DNA of 64,000 bases from Blepharisma stoltei ATCC 30299 (taxonomy: Eukaryota > Protista > Ciliophora). Shown in pieces: positions 59,790 to 64,000 of this stretch. The position numbers and the translations under genes are program-made. Each line of letters opens with the position of its first letter. Within the stretch, counting starts at the first letter, position 1. Location: contig CBFDEM010000047.1 in the NCBI GenBank assembly GCA_965603825.1, positions 496,001 to 560,000 of the forward strand. Reading direction: 5' to 3'. The notes below the pieces were generated by a model. That model ran no database searches and had not been told where the DNA came from. It saw only the letters and a list, made by a program, of their open reading frames with translations.

Positions 59790-61802
59790 ATGGAAGGAAG
59801 AGTGGAAGAAATATCAAAACTTCTTGAATCTGCTATGAGACTTTCTTGCACCGTTAAAAAAGGTATCTTATTTAATAAAACGTCAGCACTAGTTAAGTTC
59901 TCCACAGATGAACCATATCAGAGTCAAGGCCGAGATTTCTTTAAGCTATACGGCTTCAACTCACTTCTTCCTTTAACCCAAGCTAACTCTGAATATTATT
60001 CTCCTTCAAGGCATCATAAAATCTTAATCAGAGGCGAAAAAGAAGAAGAGCAATATATAGAAGTTTGGGATCAGCATAGATTAAGACTTGTAAAAGAACT
60101 TAAAAAAGTTCATTCAACTATTATAGAGAACCCTGTTTTCGGAGAAATTTCTTGGAGCAGTGATGAGAGATATATTGTTTACATCGCCGAAGCTTCAAAG
60201 AAAAAATCTGGGTCATTTTGGAGTGGTGAAGAAGATGTCGGCAATACAAATCTCTATAAAGAAAATTTCGGGGAATTGCTATTCAATGTTACTAATCCTA
60301 AGCTATATGTTTTTGACATAAAAGAAAATTCAATTTCAGAAATTCCTTTGCCTGAAGACATATATCCAGCACAATCGATGTTCAGACCTAATTCGTATGA
60401 TTTAGTTATTGTTGGATACAAAAAGACTTCATACAAAGTAGGCATGACTGCGATGCTTAACAGAGAATCCAATCTATATCAAATTAATATCAATAATAAA
60501 GAAGTTATTAAAATCGATACCAAAGACACATTGCAAGGAATTGCTATTCCTAGATTTAATCCAAGTGGCACTTTACTAGCATATTATGGAGTTCCAAAAG
60601 GAAAAAGATCTCATGTGACATGCTTATCACTAAACTTGCTTGACTGGGAAAATAAACTTCACCGTTGTCTTGTGGATGCTGTTGAAGACTATAATGATCA
60701 TTTTAATGGAATTTATGGATTTTATGATTCACTTTCAACACTAAGCTGGCTTAATGAAGATAAATTAATATTCGAAACCCATCATAAAGGAAGCAACTGC
60801 ATATTTACAGCTGATTTAAATGGAAATGTCAGTGAATTTACTTATGATCTTCTAAAGCCATATCATTTATCCTTACTCGATGTGCAGCAAGACACTGCTT
60901 TAATTAGAGCTGCAAATGGCTTAGATTTTCATAGAATTCTTATCGCTAATCACACTAATGGTATATGGTCCAACACTTTGATTGATAATCTAACCCCAAC
61001 ACCTACAACTCCTGAAGAAGAAAAAATAATAGACGCTTTAAATAGCACGACTATGACTACAATTAAACATCAAAATACAGAAATGTCAAGCTTTTTATAT
61101 CATACTTCTCCAGGCAACCCCTTATTTATAATCCCCCATGGTGGTCCACATAATCAAGGAGTTGTAGATTTTACATGGCAATTAGGTGCAAGATTAGCAT
61201 TGGGCTATAATGTTTTGATGACTAATTTTAGGGGTAGCACTGGATATGGCAATAAAAACTTAGAAGCTTTGCTAGGAAATGCAGGGGTAGTAGACGTTGA
61301 GGACTGCTTGGAGTCTTTAGAGCTTGCAAAGCAACATGTAGATACAAACTATGTGATATCATATGGTCGAAGTTTTGGAGGATTTTTAAGTGCGCATTTA
61401 GCATCAACTGGAGTGCCCAAACTAAGTATTGTCGTAAATGGTGTTACTGATATTTCTTCAATGAGTTTAGTGACTGATATAACAGATTGGTGCTTTGCTG
61501 AAGTATTCAACGAAGATCCAATTTTCCCTCCAAGTGAGGCTCAAATCGCAGGGATGTATAGAGCTTCACCTGTAGCTAGAGCTGGAAATATTAACGTACC
61601 AGTTCTAATAATTACAGGAGGTTCTGATAAGCGAGTTCCACCTCATTCATCTATGGAACTATATAGGGTCTTGAAAGGCAGAGGAATTGACGTTAAGTTG
61701 CTTTGGTATGACAAGGAGGGGCATGGTCTCTTTGGTAAAGCAACAACTTATGATTACACTGCTAACCATTTTATTTGGGTTGAAGAAAAAATGAAAGGAT
61801 AG
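59790..61802 (+). CDS. APEH: Acylamino-acid-releasing enzyme (peptidase S9C), copy 2
   Basis: Direct tandem duplicate (offset 2394 nt); GRSFGG nucleophile, DKRVP, EGH. Confidence 0.92.
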   Translation: MEGRVEEISKLLESAMRLSCTVKKGILFNKTSALVKFSTDEPYQSQGRDFFKLYGFNSLLPLTQANSEYYSPSRHHKILIRGEKEEEQYIEVWDQHRLRLVKELKKVHSTIIENPVFGEISWSSDERYIVYIAEASKKKSGSFWSGEEDVGNTNLYKENFGELLFNVTNPKLYVFDIKENSISEIPLPEDIYPAQSMFRPNSYDLVIVGYKKTSYKVGMTAMLNRESNLYQININNKEVIKIDTKDTLQGIAIPRFNPSGTLLAYYGVPKGKRSHVTCLSLNLLDWENKLHRCLVDAVEDYNDHFNGIYGFYDSLSTLSWLNEDKLIFETHHKGSNCIFTADLNGNVSEFTYDLLKPYHLSLLDVQQDTALIRAANGLDFHRILIANHTNGIWSNTLIDNLTPTPTTPEEEKIIDALNSTTMTTIKHQNTEMSSFLYHTSPGNPLFIIPHGGPHNQGVVDFTWQLGARLALGYNVLMTNFRGSTGYGNKNLEALLGNAGVVDVEDCLESLELAKQHVDTNYVISYGRSFGGFLSAHLASTGVPKLSIVVNGVTDISSMSLVTDITDWCFAEVFNEDPIFPPSEAQIAGMYRASPVARAGNINVPVLIITGGSDKRVPPHSSMELYRVLKGRGIDVKLLWYDKEGHGLFGKATTYDYTANHFIWVEEKMKG

Positions 61803-62085
61803 GCATAATAAAGCATAATAAATCCTAAAATTGAGAGAGAATCAAAGATATCTTAAATTTTTTTTAAATCATCAATGTATTCCAACTAAAGGACTTTTTA
61901 AAGTTTAAACTCTACACTAAACAATGGCAGAAGAGCCTTAAGAAGAGCACAATAGAGATTTTACAAAATTTCATAATACTAGCCCAATTTCTCTCTCCCA
62001 CAAAATCAGGCATATTTCGCTTCCTAAGAAATTTAATTATGCAAAAAATAAAATGGCAATATTTTGAGGTTTAGGATATACTTAG

Positions 62086-63012
62086 CTATTTCAATTTGTT
62101 AAAACGCTCTTCGATATCATCTAGCTCATTTCTTTGTCCAGGCTGCATTTTTGGGTCATCTTTAGGTGAATTTGTAGGGCTTGGAGTTTTGGTTTCTTCT
62201 TCATGCAAATCTTCAATATCAGGGTCAGGATATTGAATCTTTGGTTTTTCATTTTCTCCACTTGCATCTTCAGCTTTCTTGTCAACAGTATCTTTTGGAT
62301 ATAAATCTTGTCTCAGATTCGATGCAGCATTTTTTTCTTCTTCACTTTCAACCACTCTTGTAGTCATCCTTGTTGGGCAAGAAGCTTCAAAATTTCCGAG
62401 ATTTTGCTGATTAAATTTCATTGGATTTACTATAGTTTGCATATACTAAATGATTTTTACCTTCTTAACTTCTGATCCAGGCACAAAGTCGACTCTTTTT
62501 TCTGATGCAATTTCAATAATTTTCATCATTTTTTCATTTTCTGATGGTATAGAAGACACTAATTTGTTAAGAACGGCATGATTTACCATCCCATCAGCAT
62601 CAATATTCGCTTTTTCGCAATATTCAATGCCATATTTCCCTGCAAATTGCTTTCTTATTTTTATCATTTCTTCACATTCTGATCGGCTAGCACTTCATAT
62701 TAATGTGTCGATTGCTGATCGTAATTCTGCAGGGCAGGTTTTGGACTCAGAAATTTGTCTAATTCTTTCATTGCATTGAATACAAAACATAGAAACGATT
62801 TCTAAAGCTGAGATGTAATTTTCTGTGTTTATAAAACCTTCCACTTTGATCATCGCCATCTCTTCTTGACCATTTCTGAGAAGGGTAGCTATTTCATCTT
62901 TTAAATTATAGTTAGCCGCCATTCGTTTGTTTTTGATGAGACCTATTCTGATTACAGCCATTTGGAGACTTGTTTTTAGCTTATCGGCATTGTAGGATGG
63001 TTTATTCCCCAT
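62086..63012 (-). CDS. IST1: IST1 (ESCRT-III-like regulator of Vps4), about 303 aa
   Basis: KLKTSLQMAVIRI, DEIATLL..G....A.IKVE, AIDTLI-W(TGA 62695)-SA, QFAGKYG, C-terminal MIM1-like LDDIEERFNKLK; intron 62446-62460. Confidence 0.88.
62446..62460 (-). other. 15-nt intron GTAAAAATCATTTAG
   Basis: Removal bypasses a TAG and joins ORF 62086-62442 in frame. Confidence 0.88.
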
Positions 63013-63222
63013 TTTTAATAAATAAAGGGCCAATGGTTTAGTTTCATAGATAATGACATTTTTTTAAAAATAAAAAATTGTTAAACAATAAAATAATTAT
63101 TTTTGATTTTTTTGACAGATTTTGATCAGACGAACAAAGAAAATAATTACTCGGGTTATATATTTACTAATTTATATTTACAGTGAATTTAAGCTAATAT
63201 ATATTTTAAATTCTACTTACAC

Positions 63223-63843
63223 TTATAATCCTTGCTTTATGCTTCTTGATTTCCCTTCAGATGTAAAAGGTCTTGCTTTATTAAAATCAAACTTTTGAAA
63301 AGTCCCTGCAGTTGTAGGTCTATTATATTCTGTAGCAGGTGAATTTGTGCTAAAAAGATCAAAGCTTGTTGACTTTGGAATCCTTCCAGCATTTTCTGAA
63401 AGCTTTAATGACAAATATTGGTTGTAATTAAAATCTCTTTTTCATTTCTTTGTTGAGTACACAGATTTCGCACTTTGCAATCTTCTAAGTATTTTTTTGT
63501 TTTCATCTGTTATTTTAGTCAGCTCTATAACTCTTGAATTCTTATTCAATGATAGATTTTGAGGGGCGGTTTTAGACAAAAGAGAATGAGGAGTTAAAGT
63601 TGAAGGCTTCATATCAATTTCTAGCATTTTTTGAAGAAGAAGCTTATTCTGTTGGTCAATCACTGCTCCTCTGTCATTTTTTATCCGTTCTTGCTTAGCT
63701 CGGCTTTGAAGATGAGGCATTGCTTTTGGAGGAAGATTGTCTATGCGAGGTCTCATGTTTCTTATTTTTATTTGATGCAGCATATGCTCTCTTAAGATTT
63801 CTCGATCTGTGCAGCGCTTGTTGGCACCTACGATATTCCACAT
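63223..63843 (-). CDS. CFAP97/Hemingway-like ciliary protein, 206 aa
   Basis: HQIKIRNMRPRIDNLPP...HL...IDQQNKLLLQKMLEI...ENKKILRRL..AKSVYSTKK-W(TGA 63442)-KRD. Confidence 0.75.
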
Positions 63844-64000
63844 TCAGATAATTTATATTTAACTAATGAAAGAAATGAAAAAAATTAATAAATTCCTAGC
63901 ATTGCTATTAAAAATACATGAATAATATTTAAAAAATCATTGCAGCTTTTTTTAATCATAATATTCGTTGGTTTAATTAATATGAGTATAATTGTTATAA

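Noticed and set aside
4459-60472. Antisense track ORFs (e.g. 4459-4914, 17671-18147, 25285-25665, 34577-34981, 54928-55299, 57860-58078)
   Set aside because: Ser/Phe/Leu-rich shadows of Lys/Glu-rich genes on the opposite strand, mostly with non-ATG starts
605-62460. UAA/UAG reassignment to Gln (Tetrahymena- or Condylostoma-type code)
   Set aside because: Every internal in-frame TAA/TAG in conserved genes lies inside a consensus micro-intron whose removal restores motif spacing
1904-63843. Fragmented ORFs read as pseudogenes or operon-like gene strings
   Set aside because: Fragments are in frame across TGA or 15-nt introns and rebuild full-length eukaryotic proteins

Overview
AT-rich, gene-dense eukaryotic DNA, most likely the somatic (macronuclear) genome of a heterotrich ciliate of the Blepharisma type. 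The organism call is inferred from two signatures in the sequence. First, in-frame TGA codons sit at invariant Trp positions and align with TGG in tandem paralogs, while every rebuilt gene ends in TAA or TAG. Second, there are tiny 15-nt (rarely 16, possibly 17) GT-AG introns with an invariant A six nt from the 3' end. The supplied standard-code ORF track is therefore fragmented; with UGA=Trp and these introns I rebuild about 45 protein genes. They include LCMT1, a SAM-FHA-FHA-RING E3, three DHHC genes (one apparently dead), a tandem ZnF-UBP sirtuin head-to-head with an NBR1/p62-like receptor, a RING-coiled-coil-CHY E3, three pseudo-CDPKs and one intact CDPK, GCN2, an MFS transporter, a sorting nexin, a striatin-type WD40 protein, a paraoxonase pair, the PP2A A subunit, a Kip/KRP-like CDK inhibitor, an IDH3 regulatory subunit, ISWI, PP2C, an APEH pair, IST1 and a CFAP97-like protein. 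The most notable new observation is a GCN2 kinase with a hidden N-terminal membrane anchor, visible only by reading through a TGA. No tRNA, rRNA, transposon or telomere array was recognised. All translations and motif calls were done by eye, without database searches.
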